A stretch of 64,000 nt of DNA. Source: Isurus oxyrinchus (Eukaryota). The stretch covers positions 9,486,001-9,550,000 of the forward strand of contig JANJGN010000033.1 of assembly GCA_026770705.1 (NCBI GenBank). Direction: 5' to 3'. Both the position numbers and the translations under genes were made by a program. The notes beneath the pieces were generated by a model. That model did not search any database. It saw only the letters and a program-made list of their open reading frames with translations, and was not told where the DNA came from. Positions 51,801 to 64,000 of this stretch are shown one piece after another (within the stretch, counting starts at the first letter, position 1; every line of letters starts with the position of its first letter).

Positions 51801-54800
51801 ACTCTTCCGGTCTCCATTTCTCACTTGGAGGAATGTGCACAGTTCTGGTCTCCAAATCACACTAGGAGCACTGTGTACAATCTGAGTCTCCAAATCACAC
51901 TAGGAGCACTGTGTACAGTTCCAGTCTCCAAATCACACTTGGAGCACTGTGCACAGTTCCGATCTCCCTTTCTCACTTGCAGCACTGTACACAGTTCTGG
52001 TCACCAAATCACACTTGGAGCACTATGTACAGTTCCAGTCTCCAAATCACACTTGGAGCACTGTGCACAGTTCCGGTCTCCATATCATGCTTGGAGCACT
52101 CTGCACAGTTCCAGTCTCCAAATCACACTTGGAGCACTGTGCACAGTTCCGGTCTCCCTTTCTCACTTGCAGCACTGTACACTGTTCTGGTCACCAAATC
52201 ACACTTGGAGCACTATGTACAGTTCCAGTCTCCAAATCACACTTGGAGCACGGTGCACAGTTCCAGTCTCTATATCACACTTGGAGCACTGTATATGGTT
52301 CCGATCTCCATATCATACTTGGAGCACTGTGTACAGTTCCAGTCTCCAAATCACACTTGGAGAACTGTGTACAGTTCGGGTCTCCATATAACACTTGGAG
52401 CACTGTTTACAATTCCAGTCCCCATATCACACTTGGAGCACTGTGCACAGTTCCAGTCTCCATATCACGCTTGGAGCACTGTGAACAGTTCCTGTCTCCA
52501 AATCACACATGGAGTAGTGTCCACAATTCCAGTCTCCATATCACACTTGGAGCACTGTGTACAGTTCCGGTCTCCATATTACACTTGGAGTCCTGTGTAC
52601 AGTTCCTGTCTCCATATTACACTTGGAGCCCTGTGTACAGTTCCTGTCTCCAAATCACACTTGGAGCACTGTGCACAGTTCCAGTCTCTATATCACACTT
52701 GGAGCACTGTGAACAGTTCCTGTCTCCATATCTCACTTGGTGGAATGTGCACAGTTCTGGTCTCCAAATCACACTTGAGGCATTGTGTACAGTTCCAGTC
52801 TCCAAATCACACTTGGAGCACTGTGCACAGTTCCGGTCTCCATATCACGCTTGGAGCACACTGCACAGCTCCAGTCTCAATATCACGCTTGGTGCACTGT
52901 GTACAGTTCTAGTCTCCACTTCACACTTGGAGCATTGTGCACAGTTCTGGTCTCCAAATCACACTTGGAGCACTGCGTACAGTTCCAGTCTCCATATCAC
53001 ACTTGGAGCACTGTGTACAGTTCCAGTCTCCATATCACGCTTGGAGCACTATGCACACTTCCAGTCTCCATATCACACTTGGAGCACTGTCTATATTTCC
53101 AGTCTCCAAATCACACATAGAGCACAGAGCACAGTTCCTGTCTCCATTTCACACTTGGAGCACAGTGCAAAATTCCGGTCTCCATTTCATATTTGGAGCC
53201 CTGTGTACAGTTCCAGTCTCCAAATCACACTTGGAGTACTGTGTATAGATCCAGTCTCCATATTACACGTAGAGCATTGTGCACAGTTCCAGTCCCCATT
53301 TCACACTTGGAGCACTGTGCACAGTTCCAGTCTCTATATCACACTTGGAGCACGGTGCACAGTTCTAGTCTCTATATCACACTTGGAGCACGGTGCACAG
53401 TTCCAGTCCCTATATCACACTTGGAGCACTGTATACGGTTCCGATCTCCATCTCATACTTGGAGCACTGTGTGCAGCTCCAGTCTCCAAATCACACTTGG
53501 TGTACTGTGCACAGTTCCAGTTTCTATACACATTTGGAGCACAGTGCGCAGTTCCGGTCTCCATTTCATATTTGGAGCACTGTGTACAGTTCCAGACTCC
53601 AAATCACACTTGGAGCACTGTGCACTGTTCCAGTCTCCATATCACACTAGAGCACGGTGCGCAGTTCCAGTCTCTAAATCTCACTTGGGGCATTTTGTAC
53701 AGTCCAGTCTCCATATCACACTTGGAGCACTATGCACTGTTCCAGTCTCCATATCACACTTGGAGCACTGTGCTCAGTTCCGGTCTCCATATCACACTTG
53801 AAGCACTGTACACAGTTCCAGTGACCATATCACACTTGGAGCATTGTGTACAGTTCCAGTCTCCAAATCACACTTGTAGTAATTTGCACAGTTCCGGTCT
53901 CCATTTCTCGCTTGCAGGAATGTGCACAGATCTGGTCCCCAAAACACACTTGGAGCACTGTGCACAGTTCCGGTCGCCATATCACACTTGCAGCACTGTA
54001 CACAGTTCCAGTGTCCCTATCACACTTGGAGCACTGTGCACAGTTCTAGTCTCCATATTACACTTGGAGCATTGTGCACAGTTCCAGGCTATGTTTCTCA
54101 CTTGGAGCCGTGTGTACAGTTCCTTTCTCCATTTCTCGCTTGGAGCACTGTGTATAGTTCCAGTCTCCATATCACACTTGGAGCGCTTTGTACAGTTCCA
54201 GTCTCCATATCACACTTGGAGCACTGTCTACAGTTCCAGTCTCCAAATCACACTTGGAGAACTGTGCACAGTGCTGGTTTCCATATTACACTTGGAAAAC
54301 TGTGTACAGTTCTAGTCTCCATATCACACTTGGAGCACTGTGCACTGTTCCAGTCCCAATATCACACTTGGCGGAATGTGCACAGATCTGGTCTCCAAAT
54401 CACACTTGGAGAACTGTGTACAGTTGTGGTCTCCATATTACACTTGGAGCACTGTGTACAGTTCCAGTCTCCATATGACGCTGGGAGCACTATGCACAGT
54501 TCCAGTCTCCATATCACACTTGGAGCACTGCGTACAGTTCCAGTCTCTATATCACACTTGGAGCATTGTGCACAGTTCCGGTCTCTATGTCTTATTTGGA
54601 GCACTGTGTACAGTTCCAGTCTCCATATCACGCTTGGAGAACTATGCACAGTTCCAGTCTGCATATCACACTTGGAGCACTGTGTATATTTCCAGTCTCC
54701 AAATCACCCATGGAGCACAGAGCACAGTTCCAGTCTCCATATCACACTTGGAGCACTGTGTATAGATCCAGTCTGCATATTACACGTAAAGCATTGTGCA

Positions 54801-57800
54801 CAGTTCCAGTCTGCATTTCACACTTGGAGCACTATGCACAGTTCCAGTCTACAAATCACACAAGGAGCACTATGCACAGTTCCAGTCTCCATATCAAACT
54901 TGGAGTACGGTGCACGGTTCCAGTCTCCATATTACACTTGGAGCATTGTGCACAGTTCCAGTCAATGTTTCTCGCTTGGAGCACTGTGTACAGTTCCTTT
55001 CTCCATTTCTCGCTTGGAGCACTGTGTATCGTTCCCGTCTCCAAATCACACTTGGAGCACGGTGCACAGTTCCAGTCTCTATATCACACTTGGAGCACTG
55101 TGTACACTTCCAGTCTCCAGATCATACTTGCAGCACTGTGTACAGTTTCAGTCTCCATATCATGCTTGGAGAACTATGCACAGTTCCAGTCTCCATATCA
55201 CACTCGGAGCACTGTGCACAGTTCCGGTCTCCAAATCACACTTGGAGCACTGTGCACTCTTCCGGTCTCCATTTCTCACTTGGAGGAATGTGCACAGTTC
55301 TGGTCTCCAAATCACACTAGGAGCACTGTGTACAATCTGAGTCTCCAAATCACACTAGGAGCACTGTGTACAGTTCCAGTCTCCAAATCACACTTGGAGC
55401 ACTGTGCACAGTTCCGGTCTCCCTTTCTCACTTGCAGCACTGTACACAGTTCTGGTCACCAAATCACACTTGGAGCACTATGTACAGTTCCAGTCTCCAA
55501 ATCACACTTGGAGCACTGTGCACAGTTCCGGTCTCCATATCATGCTTGGAGCACTCTGCACAGTTCCAGTCTCCAAATCACACTTGGAGCACTGTGCACA
55601 GTTCCGGTCTCCCTTTCTCACTTGCAGCACTGTACACTGTTCTGGTCACCAAATCACACTTGGAGCACTATGTACAGTTCCAGTCTCCAAATCACACTTG
55701 GAGCACGGTGCACAGTTCCAGTCTCTATATCACACTTGGAGCACTGTATATGGTTCCGATCTCCATATCATACTTGGAGCACTGTGTACAGTTCCAGTCT
55801 CCAAATCACACTTGGAGAACTGTGTACAGTTCGGGTCTCCATATAACACTTGGAGCACTGTTTACAATTCCAGTCCCCATATCACACTTGGAGCACTGTG
55901 CACAGTTCCAGTCTCCATATCACACTTGGAGCACTGTGTACAGTTCCAGTCTCCAAATCACACTTGGAGCACTGTGCACAGTTCCAGTCTCCATATCACA
56001 ATTGGAGCACTGTGCACAGTTCCAGTCTCCATATCACACTTGGAGCACTGTGCACAGTTCCAGTCTCCATATCACGCTTGGAGTAGTGTCCACAGTTCCA
56101 GCCTCCATCTCACACTTGGAGTACTGTGCACAGTTCTGGTTTCCACTTCTGACTTGGAGCACTGTGCACAGTTCCGATCTCCAAATCACACTTGGAGCAC
56201 TGTGTACAGTTCCAGTCTCCAAATCACACTTGGAGCACTGTGCACAGTTCCAGTCTCCATATCACACTTGGAGCACTGTGCACAGCTCCAGTCTCCATAT
56301 CACAATTGGAGCACTGTGCACAGTTCCAGTCTCCATATCACACTTGGAGCACTATGCACAGTTCCAGTCTCCATATCACACTTGGAGCACTGGGCACAGT
56401 TCCAGTCTCCATATCACACTTGGAGCACTGCATACAGTTCCAGTCTCTATATCACACTTGGAGCATTGTGCACAGTTCCGGTCTCTATGTCATATTTGGA
56501 GCACTGTGTACAGTTCCAGTCTCCATATCTCGCTTGGAGAACTATGCACAGTTCCAGTCTGCATATCACACTTGGAGCACTGTGTATATTTCCAGTCTCC
56601 AAATCACACATGGAGCACAGAGCACTGTTCCAGTCTCCATATCACACTTGGAGCACAGTGCACAGTTCCGATCTCCATTTCAGATTTAGATAACTGTGTA
56701 CAGTTCCAGTCTCCAAATCACACTTGGAGCACTATGTAGAGATCCAGTCTCCATATTACACGTAGAGCATTGTGCACAGTTCCAGTCTCCATTTCACACT
56801 TGGAGCACTATGCACAGTTCCAGTCTCCAAATCACACAAGGAGCACTATGCACATTTCCATTCTCTATATCACACTTGGAGCACGGTGCACAGTTCCAGT
56901 CTCCAAATCACACTTGGAGCACTGTGCACAGTTCCGGTCTCCATTTCTCACTTGGAGCACTGTGCACAGTTCTGGTCACCAAATCACACTTGGAGTACTG
57001 TGTACAGTTCCAGTCTCCAAATCACACTTGGAACACTGTGCACAGTTCCAGTCTCCATTTCCTGCTTGGTGCACTGTGTATAGTTCCGGTCTCCATATCA
57101 CGCTTGGAGCACTGTGCACAGCTCCAGTCTCCATATCACGCTTGGAGCACTGTGAACAGTTCCTGTCTCCAAATCACACATGGAGTAGTGTCCACAATTC
57201 CAGTCTCCATATCACACTTGGAGCACTGTGTACAGTTCCGGTCTCCATATTACACTTGGAGTCCTGTGTACAGTTCCTGTCTCCATATTACACTTGGAGC
57301 CCTGTGTACAGTTCCTGTCTCCAAATCACACTTGGAGCACTGTGCACAGTTCCAGTCTCTATATCACACTTGGAGCACTGTGAACAGTTCCTGTCTCCAT
57401 ATCTCACTTGGTGGAATGTGCACAGTTCTGGTCTCCAAATCACACTTGGAGCATTGTGTACAGTTCCAGTCTCCAAATCACACTTGGAGCACTGTGCACA
57501 GTTCCGGTCTCCATATCACGCTTGGAGCACACTGCACAGCTCCAGTCTCAATATCACGCTTGGTGCACTGTGTACAGTTCTAGTCTCCACTTCACACTTG
57601 GAGCATTGTGCACAGTTCTGGTCTCCAAATCACACTTGGAGCACTGCGTACAGTTCCAGTCTCCATATCACACTTGGAGCACTGTGTACAGTTCCAGTCT
57701 CCATATCACGCTTGGAGCACTATGCACACTTCCAGTCTCCATATCACACTTGGAGCACTGTCTATATTTCCAGTCTCCAAATCACACATAGAGCACAGAG

Positions 57801-60800
57801 CACAGTTCCTGTCTCCATTTCACACTTGGAGCACAGTGCAAAATTCCGGTCTCCATTTCATATTTGGAGCCCTGTGTACAGTTCCAGTCTCCAAATCACA
57901 CTTGGAGCACTGTGTATAGATCCAGTCTCCATATTACACGTAGAGCATTGTGCACAGTTCCAGTCCCCATTTCACACTTGGAGCACTGTGCACAGTTCCA
58001 GTCTCTATATCACACTTGGAGCACGGTGCACAGTTCTAGTCTCTATATCACACTTGGAGCACGGTGCACAGTTCCAGTCCCTATATCACACTTGGAGCAC
58101 TGTATACGGTTCCGATCTCCATCTCATACTTGGAGCACTGTGTGCAGCTCCAGTCTCCAAATCACACTTGGTGTACTGTGCACAGTTCCAGTTTCTATAC
58201 ACATTTGGAGCACAGTGCGCAGTTCCGGTCTCCATTTCATATTTGGAGCACTGTGTACAGTTCCAGACTCCAAATCACACTTGGAGCACTGTGCACTGTT
58301 CCAGTCTCCATATCACACTAGAGCACGGTGCGCAGTTCCAGTCTCTAAATCTCACTTGGGGCATTGTGTACAGTCCAGTCTCCAAATCACACTTGGAGCA
58401 CTATGCACTGTTCCAGTCTCCATATCACACTTGGAGCACTGTGCTCAGTTCCGGTCTCCATATCACACTTGAAGCACTGTACACAGTTCCAGTGACCATA
58501 TCACACTTGGAGCATTGTGTACAGTTCCAGTCTCCAAATCACACTTGTAGTAATTTGCACAGTTCCGGTCTCCATTTCTCGCTTGCAGGAATGTGCACAG
58601 ATCTGGTCCCCAAATCACACTTGGAGCACTGTGTATAGATCCAGTCTCCATATTACACGTAGAGCATTGTGCACAGTTCCAGTCTCCATTTCACACTTGG
58701 AGCACTGTGCACATTTCCAGTCTCCAACTCACACAAGGAGCACTATGCACAGTTCCAGCCTCTATATCACACTTGTATCACTGTGCACAGTTCCCATCTC
58801 CATATCATACTTGGAGCACTGTGTACAGTTCCAGTCTCCATATCACACTTGGAGCACTGTGCACAGTTCCGGTCGCCATATCACACTTGCAGCACTGTAC
58901 ACAGTTCCAGTGTCCCTATCACACTTGGAGCACTGTGCACAGTTCTAGTCTCCATATTACACTTGGAGCATTGTGCACAGTTCCAGGCTATGTTTCTCAC
59001 TTGGAGCCGTGTGTACAGTTCCTTTCTCCATTTCTCGCTTGGAGCACTGTGTATAGTTCCAGTCTCCATATCACACTTGGAGCGCTTTGTACAGTTCCAG
59101 TCTCCATATCACACTTGGAGCACTGTCTACAGTTCCAGTCTCCAAATCACACTTGGAGAACTGTGCACAGTGCTGGTTTCCATATTACACTTGGAAAACT
59201 GTGTACAGTTCTAGTCTCCATATCACACTTGGAGCACTGTGCACTGTTCCAGTCCCAATATCACACTTGGCGGAATGTGCACAGATCTGGTCTCCAAATC
59301 ACACTTGGAGAACTGTGTACAGTTGTGGTCTCCATATTACACTTGGAGCACTGTGTACAGTTCCAGTCTCCATATGACGCTGGGAGCACTATGCACAGTT
59401 CCAGTCTCCATATCACACTTGGAGCACTGCGTACAGTTCCAGTCTCTATATCACACTTGGAGCATTGTGCACAGTTCCGGTTTCTATGTCTTATTTGGAG
59501 CACTGTGTACAGTTCCAGTCTCCATATCACGCTTGGAGAACTATGCACAGTTCCAGTCTGCATATCACACTTGGAGCACTGTGTATATTTCCAGTCTCCA
59601 AATCACCCATGGAGCACAGAGCACAGTTCCAGTCTCCATATCACACTTGGAGCACAGTGCACAGTTCCGGTCTCCATTTCAGATTTGGAGCACTGTGTAC
59701 AGTTCCAGTCTCCAAATCACACTTGGAGCACTGTGTATAGATCCAGTCTGCATATTACACGTAAAGCATTGTGCACAGTTCCAGTCTGCATTTCACACTT
59801 GGAGCACTATGCACAGTTCCAGTCTACAAATCACACAAGGAGCACTATGCACAGTTCCAGTCTCCATATCAAACTTGGAGTACGGTGCACGGTTCCAGTC
59901 TCCATATTACACTTGGAGCATTGTGCAAAGTTCCAGTCAATGTTTCTCGCTTGGAGCACTGTGTACAGTTCCTTTCTCCATTTCTCGCTTGGAGCACTGT
60001 GTATCGTTCCAGTCTCCATATCACACTTGGAGCACTGTGTACAGTTCCAGTCCCAATATCACACTTGGCGGAATGTGCACAGTTCCGGTCTCCATTTCTC
60101 GCTTGGAGGAATGTGCACAGATCTGGTCTCCAAATCACACTTGGAGAACTGTGTACAGTTGTGGTCTCCATATTACACTTGGAGCACTGTGTACAGTTCC
60201 AGTCTCCATATGACGCTGGGAGCACTATGCACAGTTCCAGTCTCCATATCACACTTGGAGCACTGCGTACAGTTCCAGTCTCTATATCACACTTGGAGCA
60301 CTGTGTATATTTCCAGTCTCCATATCACACTTGGAGCACAGTGCACAGTTCCGGTCTCCATTTCAGATTTGGAGCACTGTGTACAGTTCCAGTCTCCATT
60401 TCACGCTTGGAGAACTATGCACAGTTCCAGTCTGCATATCACACTTGGAGCACTGTGTATATTTCCAGTCTCCATATCACACTTGGAGCACAGTGCACAG
60501 TTCCGGTCTCCATTTCAGATTTGGAGCACTGTGTACAGTTCCAGTCTCCAAATCACACTTGGCGCACTGTGTATAGATCCAGTCTGCATATTACACGTAA
60601 AGCATTGTGCACAGTTCCAGTCTGCATTTCACACTTGGAGCACTATGCACAGTTCCAGTCTACAAATCACACAAGGAGCACTATGCACAGTTCCAGTCTC
60701 CATATCAAACTTGGAGTACGGTGCACGGTTCCAGTCTCCATATTACACTTGGAGCATTGTGCACAGTTCCAGTCAATGTTTCTCGCTTGGAGCACTGTGT

Positions 60801-63800
60801 ACAGTTCCTTTCTCCATGTCTCGCTTGGAGCACTGTGTATCGTTCCAGTCTCCATATCACACTTGGAGCACTGTCTGCAGTTCTAGTCTCCAAAACACAC
60901 TTGGAGCACTGTGCACCGTTCCGGTCTCCATTTCTCGTTTGGAGGAATGTGCACAGATCGGGTCTCCAAATCACTCTTGGAGCACTGTGTATAGATCCAG
61001 TCTCCATATTACACGTAGAGCATTGTGCACAGTTCCAGTCTCTATATCACACTTGGAGCACGGTGCACAGTTCCCGTCTTTATATCACACTTGGAGCACT
61101 GTATACGGTTCCGAGCTCCATATCATACTTGGAGCACTGTGTACAGTTCCAGTCGCCAAATCACAATTGGAGTACTGTGCACAGTTCCAGTCTCCGTATT
61201 ACACTTGGAGCATTTTGCACAGTTCCAGTCTATGTTTCTCGCTTGGAGCACAGTGTATAGTTCCAGTCTCCATATCACACTTGGAGCGCTGTGTACAGTT
61301 CCAGTCTCCATATCACACTTGGAGCACTGTCTACAGTTCCAGTCTCCAAATCACACTTGTAGTAATGTGCACATTTCCGGTCTCCATTTCTCGCTTGGAG
61401 GAATGTGCACAGATCTGGTCTCCAAATCACACTTGGAGAACTGTGCACAGTTCTGGTCTCCATATTACACTTGGAGCACTGTGTACTGTTCCAGTCTCCA
61501 AATCACACTTGGAGCACTGTGTATAGATCCAGTCTCCATATTGCACGTAGAGCATTGTGCACAGTTCCAGCCTCCATATCACACTTGGAGCACTGTGCAC
61601 TGTTCTGATCTCCACTTCTCCCTTGGAGCACTGTGCACAGTTCCGGTCTCCAAATCACAATTGGAGCACTGTGCACTGTTCCGGTCTCCATTTCTCACTT
61701 GGAGGAATGTGCACAGTTCTATTCTCCAAATCACAGTTGGAGCACTGTGTACAGTCCGAGTCTCCAAATCACACTTGGAGCACTGTGTACAGTTCCAGTC
61801 TCCAAATCACACTTGGAGCATTGTGCACAGTTCCGGTCTCTATGTCTTATTTGGAGCACTGTGTACAGTTCCAGTCTCCATTTCACGCTTGGAGAACTAT
61901 GCACAGTTCCAGTCTCCATATCACACTTGGAGCACTGTGTATATTTCCAGTCTCCATATCACACTTGGAGGACAGTGCACAGTTCCGGTCTCCATTTCAG
62001 ATTTGGAGCACTGTGTACAGTTCCAGTCTCCAAATCACACTTGGAGCACTGTGTATAGATCAAGTCTGCATATTACACGTAAAGCATTGTGCACAGTTCC
62101 AGTCTGCATTTCACCCTTGGAGCACTATGCACAGTTCCAGTCTACAAATCACACAAGGAGCACTATGCACAGTTCCAGTCTCCATATCAAACTTGGAGTA
62201 CGGTGCACGGTTCCAGTCTCCATATTACACTTGGAGCATTGTGCACAGTTCCAGTCAATGTTTCTCGCTTGGAGCACTGTGTACAGTTCCTTTCTCCATT
62301 TCTCGCTTGGAGCACTGTGTATCGTTCCAGTCTCCATATCACACTTGGAGCACTGTGCACAGTTCCGGTCTCCATTTCTCGTTTGGAGGAATGTGCACAG
62401 ATCGGGTCTCCAAATCACTCTTGGAGCACTGTGTATAGATCCAGTCTCCATATTACACGTAGAGCACTGTGCACAGTTCCAGTCTCCATTTCACACTTGG
62501 AGCACTGTGCACAGTTCCAGTCTCTATATCACACTTGGAGCACGGTGCACAGTTCTAGTCTCTATATCACACTTGGAGCACGGTGCACAGTTCCCGTCTT
62601 TATATCACACTTGGAGCACTGTATACGGTTCCGATCTCCATATCATACTTGGAGCACTGTGTACAGTTCCAGTCTCCAAATCACACTTGGAGTACTGTGC
62701 ACAGTTCCAGTCTCCGTATTACACTTGGAGCATTTTGCACAGTTCCAGTCTATGTTTCTCGCTTGGAGCACAGTGTATAGTTCCAGTCTCCATATCACAC
62801 TTGGAGCGCTGTGTACAGTTCCAGTGACCCTATCACACTTGTATCACTGTGCAGAGTTCAAGTCTCCATATCACACTTGGAGCAATGTGCACAGTTCCAG
62901 TCTCCAAATCACAATTGGGGCATTGTGTGCAGTCCAGTCTCCATATCACACTTGGAGCATTATGCACTGTTCCAGTCTCCATATCACACTTGGAGCGCTG
63001 TGCACATTTCCGGTCTTCTTACACACTTGGAGCACTGTACACAGTTCCAGTGAACCTATCACACTTGGAGCACTGTGCACAGTTCCAGTCCCCATATCAC
63101 ACTTGGAGCACTGTGCACAGTTCCAATCTCTATATCACACTTGGAGCACTGTGTACACTTCCGGTCTCCATATCATACTTAGAGTACTGTGTACAGTTCC
63201 CGTCTCCAAATCACACTTGTAGTAATGTGCACAGTTCCGGTCTCCATTTCTCGCTTGGAGGATTGTGCACAGATCTGGGTCCAAATCACACTTGGAGCAC
63301 TGTGCACAGTTCTGGTCTCCATATTACACTTGGAGCACTGTGTACTGTTCCAGTCTCCAAATCACACTTGGAGCACTGTGTATAGATCCAGTCTCCATAT
63401 TACACGTAGAGCATTGTGCACAGTTCCAGCCTCCATATCACACTTGGAGCACTGTGCACAGTTCCGGTCTCCAAATCACAATTGGAGCACTGTGCACTGT
63501 TCCGGTCTCCATTTCTCACTTGGAGGAATGTGCACAGTTCTGGTCTCCAAATCACACTTGGAGCACTGTGTACAGTCCGAGTCTCCAAATCACACTTGGA
63601 GCACTGTGTACAGTTCCAGTCTCCATTTCTCGCTTGGAGCACTGTGTACAGTTCCGGTCTCCATTTCTCGCTTGGAGCACTGTGTATAGTTCCAGTCTCC
63701 AGATCACACTTGGAGCGCTGTGCACAGTTCCCGGCTCCATATCACACTTGGAGTAGTGTCCACAGTTCCAGCCTCCATATCACACTTGGAGCACTGTGCA

Positions 63801-64000
63801 CAGTTCTGGTCTCCACTTCTCACTTGGAGCACGGTGCACAGTTCCGGTCTCCATATCACACTTGGAGCACTGTGTGCAGTTCCAGTCTCCAAATCACACT
63901 TGGAGCACTGTTCACAGTTCCAGTCTCCCTATCACAATTGGAGCACTGTGCACTGTTCCAGTCTCCCTACCATGCTTGGAGCACTGTGTACAGTTCCAGT
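12857..64000. repeat. 38-bp satellite array, ~1,345 copies, >51 kb, open at the window end
   Basis: Consensus CACACTTGGAGCACTGTG(C/T)ACAGTTCCAGTCTCCA(T/A)AT is uninterrupted and head-to-tail from 12857. No other insertion was seen. The + strand consensus has no stop codon in any frame, giving the 38-aa periodic ORFs. Confidence 0.99.

Noticed and set aside
12801-64000. Hundreds of long His/Cys/Ser-rich + strand ORFs (up to 1101 aa) as real genes or zinc-finger arrays
   Set aside because: The 38-bp unit lacks stops on +, so all three frames give the same 38-aa cycle. There is no C2H2 spacing or TGEKP linker and no splice or codon structure. The ~62-aa minus ORFs arise where a periodic TGA is mutated.
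12857-64000. CRISPR array (repeat length and dyad symmetry are CRISPR-like)
   Set aside because: No unique spacers, no cas genes, and a eukaryotic context with spliceosomal introns and LINEs.

Overview
Eukaryotic genomic DNA; the repeat families point to a cartilaginous fish (shark/ray, inferred). Three zones. (1) 1-2420: about 73 copies of a 33-bp tandem repeat. (2) 2617-6901: three phase-1-compatible + strand exons encoding an IgV domain, a very Cys-rich atypical Ig-like domain and a GPI-signal-like tail. The leader exon was not found. Its introns and the flank to ~12.8 kb are packed with CR1/L2 LINE 3' fragments, SINEs, a MITE-like element, a 130-bp foldback carrying a minimal hammerhead motif and a purine-rich tract. 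(3) 12857-64000: about 1,345 copies of a 38-bp satellite with modular higher-order structure, running off the window end. The hundreds of ORFs in zones 1 and 3 are repeat artefacts. Main discovery: both arrays appear to be amplified slices of retroelements that also sit in this window. The 38-mer equals the CR1 ORF2 codons for (P)HLEYCVQFWSPY. The 33-mer is a slice of a tRNA/Deu-type SINE and runs into the rest of that SINE at its right edge. Two- to three-copy duplications of 30-32 bp inside CR1 fragments look like earlier stages of the same process. All alignments and counts were done by eye, TE family consensus sequences are recalled, and no database search was run.
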